Of a DNA stretch of 64,000 nt, positions 51,934 to 64,000 are shown piece by piece. The position numbers and the translations under genes are program-made. The first letter of the stretch is position 1. Every line of letters starts with the position of its first letter. The stretch lies in the NCBI RefSeq assembly GCF_006345805.1, contig NC_043005.1, forward strand, positions 49,724,001 to 49,788,000. The letters are read 5' to 3'. This DNA is from Octopus sinensis. Lineage: Eukaryota. The notes under the pieces were generated by a model, which did not search any database, had not been told where the DNA came from, and was given only the letters and a program-made list of their open reading frames with translations.

Positions 51934-52507
51934 TTGTTCTCTTTACTGGTTTTACACATGCTGAGGCAACAGCCTTCAGTGGTTTTTGTAGATTACACTG
52001 ACCTAACACTTATTCTAGTCTGCTAGTTATTTTATTGATCTATAGTCATGAAAAGTTATGGGACATAAACATACACAACATAAATAACAACACTACTTTA
52101 GGTGTAGACACTGGCACACACACACATGCAAGTGCACATGGCACCTTGGACAGGTGTCAGCCACTATAGCCCCAGGTCTACAAAAGATTTGTTAAGTGGA
52201 TTTGGTAGACAAACTGAAAAAAAAAAAATCCTCTAATATTTTTTGTAGGAAACAGGTTTGAGTTTGTGACGATTTGTTATGTCAAGCTCGAGTGTTGCTG
52301 GGACGTTGGCTATGTAGAATTATCTAAGGGCTTATTTGTGTCTTGTATCAATTGATGTGTGTTTTGATGTTAATATTTGGTAAAGTTCCTCTACACATAG
52401 ATCACATCTATTTCTCCTACTCGATAAGGTTTAGCAGTACTAATTAGTTCCCAATCAATAGAATAGCTATTGGTTTTGTCATTAATTGACCAAACTAATT
52501 TACTCTA

Positions 52508-52874
52508 GCCATGCTGGAGCACCACCTTTAGTTGAGCAAATCGACCCCGGGACTTATTCTTTGTAAGCCCAGTACTTATTCTATCGGTCTATTTTGCTGA
52601 ACCGCTAAGTGACGGGGACGTAAACACACCAGCATCAGTTGTCAAGCAATGCTAGGGGGACAAACACAGACACACAAACATATACACACACACATATATA
52701 TATACATATATACGACAGGCTTCTTTCAGTTTCCGTCCATCAAATCCACTCACAAGGCATTGGTCGGCCCGGGGCTATAGCAGAAGACACTTGCCCAAGA
52801 TGCCACGCAGTGAGACTGAACCCGGAACCATGTGGTTGGTTAGCAAGCTACTTACCACACAGCCACTCCTGCAT
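52508..52874 (-). mobile_element. SINE family A, young copy. Older copies at about 485-890, 16655-17055, 38865-39250, 39600-39960, 45355-45700 and 63020-63410.
   Basis: Same head, body and internal microsatellite. Confidence 0.85.
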
Positions 52875-54552
52875 AGGCTTGTATTATTTATTTTTGTCGT
52901 ATCTCTGAAGGAATTTAAATGATGGTCCAGTCGTTTTGAAAAAATAGAGAGCTGGCCCCTATATAAAAGTATTCCCTTCCCTCTGAGGTAATGTTACATC
53001 TATAGACCAGGTTCTTAGTTTTTTACATTTTGAGTTTAACGAGCATACTTTATCTATAGCACAGTTGCATAGACCTGTTTGTCTATTTCTATTATTTTTT
53101 GTCTTAATGACTTCACTAGAAGTCTCTCCTATTCTTTCTTCCACCAGTCCAGTAGTATTTCTGAATTTCCTATGGATATTAGCTTTGATGCTGCCCTTCC
53201 TAGCAGTTCTTCTCTCTATTTCTATGCCTGTGAACAAATTTGTTAAGCTTGTCTCCCTTTGTTGATTCTTGTTAGCACTCCCCTGTACCTCAGTGTGTGC
53301 TACTGGTCTCATCACCAATGTCCATTCTGTTGTTAGATATTTCCTCCTTGTTATCCAAATTTGCCTAACTTGGATCCCTTTGGAAGTTGTATAGTTTACC
53401 TGTATTATGAACTGTTATTATTTGTGCCAGGTTGCAACTATTGGAAAAGGCAAGGCATATATTAGTATATGTTTACTAAATATTTTGCAGTACTTGCTAT
53501 TTTTAGGAAAGTATTTTTTTTTATCACTGTATAAAGCAGTCATGGGAGTTGGAAATTATTTTGCAAATGAAAAAATATTCCACAATATCATCTTCAAATT
53601 ATCATTGGTTTTAGTATTTATAAGGTTTTTTCCAGATTTTAGCATTAGTGCATTTTATGTTTCTGCAGTGTCTGCTCTGGTGTGCAGGTTGCTTACTAAT
53701 GTATCCCTTAGTTGTGTTCTGAATGTGTGTACGTGTGTGCTTGTGCCTATTGTGGTCTACCTCATTTCTAATGTATAGTGTACTAAGGTCTCCACTGTTG
53801 TTTTCACTACTCACTTTTGTATGGGGTTCACACTTGCATGGACCAATCAGGCTAACAGATGTTACACATTGCTGGTCACAATGCACCTTTGCATTGTTTT
53901 AGCCTTCAAACGACACCACCCTCCTGGCTAGGAAAGCTGCACAACATTCCCCAGTGATCGACAAGAGGACTTGAGCAACGTGAAATGAAGTGTTTTGCTC
54001 AAGAACACAATGCATCACCCAGGCCAGGAATTGAACCCATGATCTAGCAATGAGTGCAACAGTCTAACCACTAGGCAACATGCCTTCACACACACACACA
54101 CACACACACATGTATATCATCATCGTCGTTTAACGTCCTCTTTCTTTGCATTTTGATACACAAATAAAACAACAGGGATATCTATTGTCAATCCTGCCCA
54201 CTTAAAACCCATTACTTTATTGTTATATTGAAAACATAGAAGTTACTGGAATTCCATCAACAGTGCTTTCCATATGGTATATTTATAGTATGTTTTAAAC
54301 CAGATCACATGTTGAACCATCAGACTGTGATGAATTATTATGAGACAGTAGAAAGATGAGATTACAATGTGCCCAGGGTATTGCAAATTTTCTTCTCATA
54401 ACATAAACCACCAATATCATCATTATTGTCATCATCACTGTTGTTATTTAGCTATAAATCTGATCAGGCAAACATTTAACTCTTCAGCATTGAAACCACC
54501 TATATAATTACATTTCTAAATCTCTCAGAGAGATTTTATACAGTAGCAGCAC

Positions 54553-54780
54553 GATAAAGTGATGGTTTGTTGCCAACTTAATGTGGCAGTCCAATGAAAG
54601 GGGGAAAATGCTACTGCTATTTAGCCCCCAGGAAACACCGTTTCTAGCTGGCCATGTAACACAGAACGCTTGTGTCATATGGCCAGCTGGAAACCGTGTT
54701 TCCTGGGGCTAAATAGCAGTAGCATTTTTCCCTTTCCTGCAACTGCAACAATAAGTTGGCAACGAACCATCACCTATATC
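54553..54780. mobile_element. Fold-back MITE inserted in a TTAA-type MITE
   Basis: tgctactgctatttagcccc..ggaaacac / gtgtttcctggggctaaatagcagtagca. Confidence 0.8.
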
Positions 54781-55611
54781 ATAATTAGATATTCTACCTG
54801 TTTTATGCTCAAGCCTACACTTAACCCTACAATTTCATTTTAAAAATAAACAATCATATCATCACAATAGTAAGAATGAACCGAAGCTTGCGGTATCGCC
54901 CACGTACACGTAGCCGTGACCGATGCCATCAGTCGCCGGGAGTCTGTGGCGATATGCACCGGGTAAATACAGCAACATGGTCCAACCCGTAAGTTAACGG
55001 AAACAGACCCGTGAGCCTACGGGTCGGACCATGCTGAATAGTCACGCTCTAGGTGACTGTCACACCCCAAGGAGGCCCTGACTATATTGAGGGGTAGCAG
55101 TCGTATTGTGTGTGTGTGTATGTTTTTCCCACTACCACCACCTAGCAACCAATCTTGGTGTGTTTACATCCCTGCAACTTAGCAGGCTGGGGAAAGAAAA
55201 GACCAATAGAATAAATATCAGGCTTTAAAAAATAAGTCCTGGGGTTGACTCATTCGACTAAAATTTCTTCAAAGTGATGCCCCAGCATGACCACAGTCTA
55301 ATGATTGAAACAAAAAGGATAAAAGACATACATGGGATCACAAACAAAAACACACTGAACGTACTCCTGGAAATCAAACCTCATATCTCTGCTAAGCATT
55401 AGTCTCCACTGAGAATATAAATGGATGACTGTTATATAACCAAAGTCAACTTTCATCAAGCAGATACCTGATCAATGACGTTCCAACTATGACCATCCTA
55501 ACTTTTTAGTGCTACCCAGGACTACATTATCCAATGTAATAAAAAAATTAAAGTAAAGTTCCTTCTTGAGTCATATAGCTTCACAGGGTCTGTTTCCTGG
55601 TTTTCATGGTG

Positions 55612-56684
55612 TACATAGGGTGCAAGGGGTAAATTGTCACCATTTTTATATTTTTAACTTTGCACACATCCATTGTTTTGATTTTGTCGACTACACAGTA
55701 TAGTAGGGTCAGTTGAGTACTACTGTCTGTGACAAAAACAGCACCATGATGCAATTCACTCTGCCAGAAATTTGGAAACGACATGCTGTATTGCTTGGCA
55801 GTTGTGCTGGCAGCTCCAATATGAACATTTCAGCATGTTTGTGTGTCGATATGAGGACAGTGCAGAGGATTCAGAAAGAGTTGGATGAGTCTAATAGTGA
55901 TTACAAAGGTACAGCAGCTCAGAAAACTCACTCTGATTGTTCTGATAAAAAAAGAACTCCCGAATTTATTGGAAAGATCCAGACCATACTGAACATGCTT
56001 CGGTTTTTCTTAGACGAGAAAAATTTTTGCCAGGATCAGATGGTGAACACACAGAACAACTATTGGCTTGCCATGCCTCCAAAACAGGTACAGTCAACAT
56101 CGTGGTGTTTGGAGTGATCACTACTGATGGCAGCATTATGCCTCCATTCACCTTCCCACACGGCTTCAGACTTAACATGGAGGCTACATCAAGTGCCTGT
56201 TGGAGGTAATGCTGCCTTGGATCAACAAGGTGGCTGCTGGAAGACCCTATGTTTGGCTACAGGACTCTGCACCATGCCACACGAGCAAGAGAACTTTGTC
56301 ATGGCTGTCAGACAATTTCAGCAACATCACCCCTAACTTATGGCCACCTAACTTCCCAAACTGCAACCCCCTTGATTATTATGTGTGAGATTCAGTTGAG
56401 CAAGAGACCAACAAAACTCCTAATAACACCAAAGATGAACTGAAGGCAAAGATTATGGCAGCATTCACCAACTTAAACAAGGTGACTGTCCAGAAGACTT
56501 GCAGGAAATTCCAAAGTTGTCTGGAGACCGTGGTTGAAGGTAATGGCGATTTTATTGAATAAATTTATTCTTTAGTAGTTAAAGATATTTTTATGTAATT
56601 TTGGTAAATATATTTGTTAAAATGAGATGTCAGTGGTATTTTCATTTTTGCATAATTTAGACAATATATTCATGGCACCCTGTA
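55612..56684 (+). mobile_element. Decayed Tc1/mariner transposon (maT/DD37D-like)
   Basis: Ends resemble (ta)cagggtgc...gcaccctg(ta). Peptides VFGVITTDGSIMPPF and WLQDSAPCH...WPPNFPNCNPLDYYV. Confidence 0.85.
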
Positions 56685-57924
56685 TATTCCCCACTGGGAT
56701 GGGATGCAAGTCCATTGCAAGATTACTCATTTTTACCAGCTGATTGGACAGGAGCAATGTGAAATAAGGTTGTTTTGCTCAAGAACACAATGCATCACCC
56801 ATTCCAGGAATTGAAACCACAATCTTATGATCATACGTTCAACACCCTAACCTCTAAGCCACACATCTCCACTATTATCCAATGTGTCCTTCATTTAAGT
56901 GGTAAGAGATTTGTTTGCTATCTCCGGCAAAGTGAGCAACTTTGTAGGGATTCCTTGTGACCAGGTTCAATAGTGTGCTGAGTATCAGTTGAGGCAATCA
57001 GTAGAGGGTATTCTATATTCTGCCAACAACATTCTGCGATGACTATATCCAAGATACTTAAATTTCACATGACTCAGAATAGTAATAACCTACTTCTTTG
57101 TTACTGATGCTACAATACCGAATTCAACTCTTCCTAAGGATCGGGGAAAGCTACTCCAGCATTCAACATAAAATAGAATCCAAATCTTCTACTCCTTCCT
57201 CAGAAATGTCTTGCTCAAAAAGACAAAGCAATCTTGTGGCTGTTTAGCTAACATCAACACTGATCAGGTTAACTTATGATCAAAATGCATTCTCACTATA
57301 ACCCACATAGCTATTTTCTCAGACATGATATCTACAACTACACTGTTCAATGTCCTATTTTTTTTTCTTTTTGAGATAGTACAATGTGATATGAAAAACA
57401 TTTGGCTGTACTTAAGTGAAAGGAGTCTATTTTGAACAAAGTCTTCTTCCTAGAACTACAGTGAGATACCAGCAGACAAGTCTGAACTCACAAACTCTGA
57501 ACAAACACAGGAGCATTGTGTCTATTCTCTTCTTCCACTCAAAATACCACCTTCTCTCACCAAAATAATGACTTGCAAATTGTTGAACAACATCAACTGA
57601 ATTGATCTCATCTGTCTTTGAAGGAGAGCAAAATAAAATTTTAAAAAATAGATACTCTATCTCACAGATGCATGACTAATCCAATAAATGATTCTCAAAA
57701 ACTTTAAAGAAGAAACTAATATTATTGATTTCTAACATAAATATAACATTATAAATTTGAAGGAGTAGGATTAAATTGAACAGAATACTTTAAAAGTGAC
57801 CTTCATGGGATTTGAACTCAGAATGTAAAGAGACATTAGTAACTATAGAATATTTTGTCCTATGCTCTCATGATTTTGTCAATACATTACTCTTTTTAAT
57901 TAATTTTATTTATGTTAAAAGTTT

Positions 57925-58335
57925 ACATTCTGAGTTCAAATTTTGCAGAGGGCAGCTTTACTTTTCATCCTTTCGGAGTCAATAAAATAAGTACCTGTTC
58001 AGCACAGAAGTCAATGTAATTGACTTATCCTGTCCCCTGGAATTGCTGGCCTTGTGCCCAAATTTAAAGCCATTATTAATACTAAAAACAGAGTCCAATG
58101 ATTCTGCCAATACATGGCTCTTTAATAATGCTTTCAAATTTTGGCACAAGGCCAGTAATTTCAGGGGAGGAGATAAGTCAATTACATTAACAATGGTACT
58201 TATTTGATCGACTCCAAAAGGATGAGAGGCAAAGTCAACCTCAGCAGAATTTGAACTCAGAGCGTAAAGACAGATGATGTGTTACTAAGCATTTTACCCA
58301 GCAAGCTAACAGTTCTGCAAGCTTGCCGCCTCACA
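57925..58335. mobile_element. Oppositely oriented pair of family B SINEs
   Basis: gagttcaaat...tttcatcctttcggagtc on plus; its reverse complement occurs at about 58200-58330. Confidence 0.7.
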
Positions 58336-58669
58336 TGGCTCTTTAATATTAATACCGTAAGTAGTAAAGCAGCAGAAACAGAAAGAGTTTGAGACTAAAA
58401 TTACAGTAAATAGAGTAGTCAATTTTGTCCTCACCGCATTCAAATTCAAACTCCACTACATTCCACTAAAATTTTTTCCCTTTATTTATTGAACCTATTA
58501 ATGTTCAGGAGAGAGAACCAGTTAGTAATATCAACCAGTAATATACCGAGGATGGTTACAAATGACTAACCATGACCTAAGAAAAATTGTCATTTTCTAG
58601 AAACCAGTATGACAGGTAAACATAAAACAGTTAAAACAAGATTATCTAACCTATGTATACATAACATTT

Positions 58670-58911
58670 AATACATATCTACATACACACATTTTATACA
58701 TATATCTACATACACACATTTTATACATATATCTAACATATACACATTTTATACATATATCTACATATACACATTTTATACATATATCTACATACACACA
58801 TTCTATACATATATCTACATACACACACACATTTCATACACATACATACACACATACATTTTATACACATACACACATACATTTTATACATATACATACA
58901 TAAACACATTT

Positions 58912-58954
<43 letters not shown>

Positions 58955-58970
58955 TCACACATTTTTATAT

Positions 58971-59001
<31 letters not shown>

Positions 59002-59026
59002 CATTCACACATTTTTATATATACAT

Positions 59027-59071
<45 letters not shown>

Positions 59072-59250
59072 TCACACATTTTTATATATACACACATTTT
59101 ATATGCATATATATATATATACACACACACATTCTATATACATATATATACACACACACGTTCTATATACATATATATACACATATATATGCACACATAT
59201 TTTATATACATATCTATATACACACATTTTATATACATATATATACATTA
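58670..59250. repeat. Complex (TA)/(CA) minisatellite, unit about 26-28 bp (acacacattttatacatatatctacat)
   Basis: Direct inspection. Confidence 0.9.
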
Positions 59251-59461
59251 TTAGTCGAAAGACACCTGTTGTTATTTTCTTGTTTGTAATTTTGTAACAT
59301 GTTCTCCATTGTTTTGTCTTCGTCGTCGTACATATTCGCTTGCTTTCTCTCAAAAAATTTAATGCCTTTAGCTTAAATTTTTGGGGGCAGCCAGATTTGA
59401 ATGGTCTCAAGTGTAACTGCCTGAAAATGTAAGGATAATTTGGTAACTTGACTGATGTGAA

Positions 59462-59996
59462 GTGGGTGTGACACTTCTTCATGCAGCTGTCCTCATCCAT
59501 ATGCAACACATGACCATATTAGCACACTACATTTGATGCTTCTTATGTCTAACTTTTCTCTCAGGGAGTCTACACTCTGTCGTGTGTGCACACTGACATT
59601 ACACATCCAGCAGATCATACTAGCTTCATTTCTTTCAAGCCTATGCATGTCCTCAGCAGTCATGGCCCATGTTTCACTGCTGTGTAGTATGGCAGTTCGT
59701 ACACATACATCATACAGTCTACCTTTCACTCTAAGTGAGAGACCCTTTGTTGCCAGCAGTGGTAGGAGCTTTCTGAACTTTACTCAAGCTATTTGTATTC
59801 CAGCAGCTACGCTCTCAGAGCATCCACCCCCACTGCAGACTTGATTGCCTAGGTAGTGGAAGCTATTAACTACTTCTAGTTTTTCCTCCTGGCATGTGAT
59901 GGTATCTATTTTCTGTACATCTTCAGTGTTTATTGCCCCTGTGCATCTGCTAGATATTGCTGCGCCTCTTATGTGTCCATACATCTTATACACACA

Positions 59997-60039
<43 letters not shown>

Positions 60040-60300
60040 CTGTGAGTTCATGGTTGTATCCTACACCAGTATCGCATAACCAGCCCCAGCCCATTCAAAA
60101 GTACCTTGGATCGTAGGGCAACCTGCTGTGCTTGAGGAGACCTATTGAGGCAAGTACATCAACATCAAAACGAAAATCAAATGGAAATTGTAGTTGTGAC
60201 ACCCATGCTGGTGGCATGTAAAAGGCACCATGCAAATGTAGCCAATGCCAGTGCCGCCTTGACTGGCTTCTGTGCTGGTGGCTCGTAAAAAGCATCAACC
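59462..60300. mobile_element. RTE fragment pair: ORF C-terminus on minus, 3' UTR on plus, separated by (TA)n
   Basis: 59462-59985 matches roughly 12110-12706 inverted; 60039-60300 matches roughly 12849-13135 direct. Confidence 0.85.
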
Positions 60301-60940
60301 ATGTAAATCAAATTGAGTATGCTTATTTCTTAGCATTTGAACTAATTGAGTTATTTTCTCAATTTATCCAGTACAAGGCTTAAACGAGTTAATAGTATTC
60401 TCCTGAACAATAGATCCACTTATGTCGGTTAGTGACTTATTCACGAATATACCAACTCTAGCGCTGCTGAGGGTAATATTCTCTGGGAACACAGTTAATT
60501 ACTTTGATTTGTTATTATCTCATATCTGATTAGCCTGTTATTACATAACATATAATATCATGATTTTAGTATACATACCTTATTAGTATTTCCTCCTATG
60601 TTCTATATACTCTGGGAACATATTAAAGCCCTTTTCGGGGCTACTTTATTTGAATTCTTACTCTAGGGTAATTAATTTCATGTTATTACATAACTGACTT
60701 TACAATTTGGGTATTGATAACTTATTGGGAATTCCTAAAAACAAGATCCTTTATATGACAGTTCAGTATTATCCATAAATACACAAAAACCATTTTAAGG
60801 ACTACATACTTTGTATTGTTGTTACTGGATTAATGAAACAATTATGAGAATGGAACCAACGCATTGTCCCACCTTCCCGGGCATGTCACCTGGTGTGTGT
60901 GTATATATATATATATATATATCCACCTATATATATATGG

Positions 60941-60975
<35 letters not shown>

Positions 60976-61969
60976 TGTGTGTTGAGCTGGTGTGTGCAGA
61001 GTGAGAGCCTTGAGGTAGGAACATAAATGAACATAAGAAAGTCAAGAGACAGGAATACGAGATGCTTCGCGGCCAGCAGTTGAGCCAAGAAAGAAAGATT
61101 ACAAATGAGGATATATATATATATATATATATCATAGGCATGTGGTCCATGGAAGCAATGCTTCCCTTACAAATTATAGAAACAAAATTGAAACTAAATT
61201 ACTTATTTTTCATAAGATCATTCTTTTAAAGTTCTATAAAATTAATATAATTAAACGACATCATGAGCTTCAGACTTTTATTGTCGGAATTAGCATGAGA
61301 CAACGAGCAGTGGCAGATGACACAAAAAAATCTGTGCAATGGAAGCAACACAAGCTGCTGCATCCTTTTCAGTGTAATATTTTAACATTTTTTCCAATAA
61401 AAAGGCTACAAAGACAATTTTTTTCTAGTAAGAGCTGATAATGAATAGTTTTATATGCTAATAAATACTTATATGCTTAGATTAAGTTCCTGTCAATTTG
61501 CAATACCTATGATATATATAATCTTATGTTGTTATGTAACACTTACATAGGAAAAGGGAAGCAAGTGACATTCTGCTTCCATTAGAAAAACAGTGAAAAG
61601 ATAACACGTGTGTAGTTTTCTGCGTTTATTCAACTAATATTTTATACTTTTTTCAAATTACAGAGCACCCTTAATATAAAATGTGATTTTTTGTTATTTT
61701 AAAAATATCTGTAAAATATGAACATGTCAATTTGATTCAAATATCTATGTGACAGACAATTTTCGTCATGGCTTCCCCAGCCAGAAAGATCACTGCACAC
61801 CTGATATATACATATTCACATATATACCCTCTCTCTCTTTCGGAGAGGCACTGAGCACCTACATGCACACATACACACACGGCAGTAACTTCCACCTACC
61901 GAATTCAATCACAAAGCTTCAATTGACTCGGGGCTATAGTGAAAGACACATACCCAAAGTGCCACATAT

Positions 61970-62600
61970 AAACTACAGGCCCATCTTTCTGACCTCACAT
62001 GTTAGCAAGACAATGGAATGCATTGTCAGAAAAGGGCTGATCATGTTCCTAGAAGAAAACAACCTTCTCCAAAAACATGCAGCATGGCTTCCGTCCAAGG
62101 AGGAGCTGCCTCACACAGTTGCAGCACTTTGACTAGGTACTGAAACAACAGCTAAACCAGTCAGCTGTAGATGTGATACACCTTGACTTTGCCAAGGCCT
62201 TCGATAAGGTTGATCATGGCATATGTCACAAGCTGCGAAACCTTGGTACTACCAGGAAACTGGGAGAGTGACAGCATGATTTTTTTGAAGGGCAGGAGTC
62301 AGACAGTTGTAGCCAATGGCACCCACTCTGAAGAGACACCAATTCTCAGCGGAGTCCCACAGGGAACTGTACTGGGGTCACTACTATTTGTGGTGGCCCT
62401 CTCAGAAATGCTTTCCACAGTAGTCAGCCAATTTGACCAGTTATGTTAACGACACAAAATTATCATAGGCAGTTAAGAACCCAGAGGATATCATAAAACT
62501 GCAGAAAAACCTGAATGAAATTTACAAATGGTCTAACAAATATAACATGCAGTTCAATGCTATGAAATTTCAGGCACTCCACTTTCGGTCCAATACCAGG
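61970..62600 (+). mobile_element. CR1/L2-group LINE RT remnant
   Basis: NYRPIFLTSHVSKTME, DFAKAFDKVDHG, SGVPQGTVLGSLLF; frameshifted. Confidence 0.85.
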
Positions 62601-64000
62601 CTAAAATCAGAATACACTGTCATAAATAAATATTAAGCATGATTACTAAGTATAGGCCACTGTCTTTCTAATTAAACTTCTTTTTTTTTTTTTACCTTCC
62701 TTGGTGAAAGAAAACTTTAGTGATTAAACATCAGCAATCTGAATGCACATCCTCATCTAGATATTTGATAACAACCAGGAAAAAAAAACCCCAATTAATG
62801 TCACAACATCAAGCCATGCATAAAGTGTTCATTAAACATCTATTTCAAGGACTGCATTTAAGCTCTGAGTTCAAATCTCACATGGTTCAATTTGTCTTTT
62901 TGTCTATCCAGGGTTGCATTTAGGTATGAATAGACGCATGGGAAAAAGCAGTAAACATGTCCGTGGTTATTTTGGATAGTGTATTTTATGTTTATTACAT
63001 GTGGTCTACTTGTATCTTTTATTTTTTTTTTTACTTGTTTCAGTCACTGGACTATGGCCTTGCTAGGGCACTACCTTGAAGGATTTTTTCAAACGATTCA
63101 ACCCAAGGGCTAATTTTAGTTTTTAAAGTCTGACACTTACTCTATTGGTCTCTTTGGCAGAGCTTCTAAGTAACAGGGATGCAAACAAACCAACATCAGT
63201 TGTCAAGCAGTGGGTAAGTATGTGTGCACGTGGGAAGGGGGAACACAAACAAAAGGAAACACATACACACACATATGATGAGCTTCCACACAATTTCCAC
63301 CTACCACATTCACTAACAGCCTAGGCCTATAACAGAAGACACTGGCCCAAGATGCTACACAGTAGAATTGAACCTGAAACCATGTGGTTGCAAAGCAAGC
63401 TTCTTAACCATGTAGCATTCAAATTACTCTGTCAAATGTAATATATATCTTCACATTGTTTGGAATCAATCATGCATTACCTCGTAGCCTTGAAATTTTG
63501 ATGTGATTTTTTTAATTTTTAGAATGACTTTGTAGGGCAGGTACAAAAGATCTTGTTCTGACTGGTTTTAACATACAACATGTAGAATATTTGGCCCAGT
63601 ATGGCTGGTTTAACCCTTTAACATTCAGATTACTCTATCCAAAGAAATGCTTATTTATTCAAACTGTTTTGAATGAAGCATGCATTACTTTGTAGCTTTG
63701 AAATTTCAATGATGTGATTGATTATTTTTAAAATGACATTGTAGGGTAGGCATGAAGAGGCTAAATTTGATTGGTTTGAATATGGAACAGGAAGGATATT
63801 TGGGTTGGATATGGACTATTTAAATGTTAACGGATTAACTACACATTGTTGTATGTTTATGTTATAGAGTAAACGCTCTTAAATATGTATGAGTAAATGA
63901 AATTTTGTAATAATACAGTCTCAGATTTCTGGTGTTGTTAGTTTTAATATTAATGAACATGTTTATAGTATTAAAAGATTATCTATTTTCCTTACAATGA

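Noticed and set aside
52959-53778. 119-aa and 123-aa ORFs
   Set aside because: No recognisable domain or splice context; probably decayed TE sequence, which I cannot classify.
60842-61150. Hydrophobic ORF as a possible signal-peptide exon
   Set aside because: It runs through (TA)n tracts, shows no suitable donor, and the plus strand looks like decayed LINE coding sequence.

Overview
AT-rich, repeat-dense eukaryotic genomic DNA. The SINE/LINE repertoire and microsatellite load suggest a coleoid cephalopod such as Octopus (inference). The only host gene I can support is a minus-strand cation-independent mannose-6-phosphate receptor (CI-MPR/IGF2R-like). I traced 18 internal coding exons by hand (48819 down to 2066, 3388 nt, about 1129 codons). 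All have GT-AG boundaries and mutually compatible phases, and they encode MRH domains 1-8. The signal-peptide exon and domains 9 onward were not found in the window. Introns are filled with tRNA-derived SINEs, RTE/RTEX/CR1/Hero-like LINE fragments, Tc1/mariner remnants, fold-back MITEs and microsatellites. Main second-look items: (i) a minimal type-I hammerhead ribozyme motif in sense orientation inside an intron, in the loop of a perfect 77-bp inverted repeat; (ii) sugar-binding Q and R residues in MRH domain 8, which lacks them in the vertebrate receptor, plus paired loss of a disulfide in domain 3; (iii) a CpG-rich island whose stems favour minus-strand folding; (iv) an intronic copy of a piece of one of the gene's own exons; (v) several long intronic hairpins. 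Repeat boundaries are approximate, and comparisons to the human protein are from memory.
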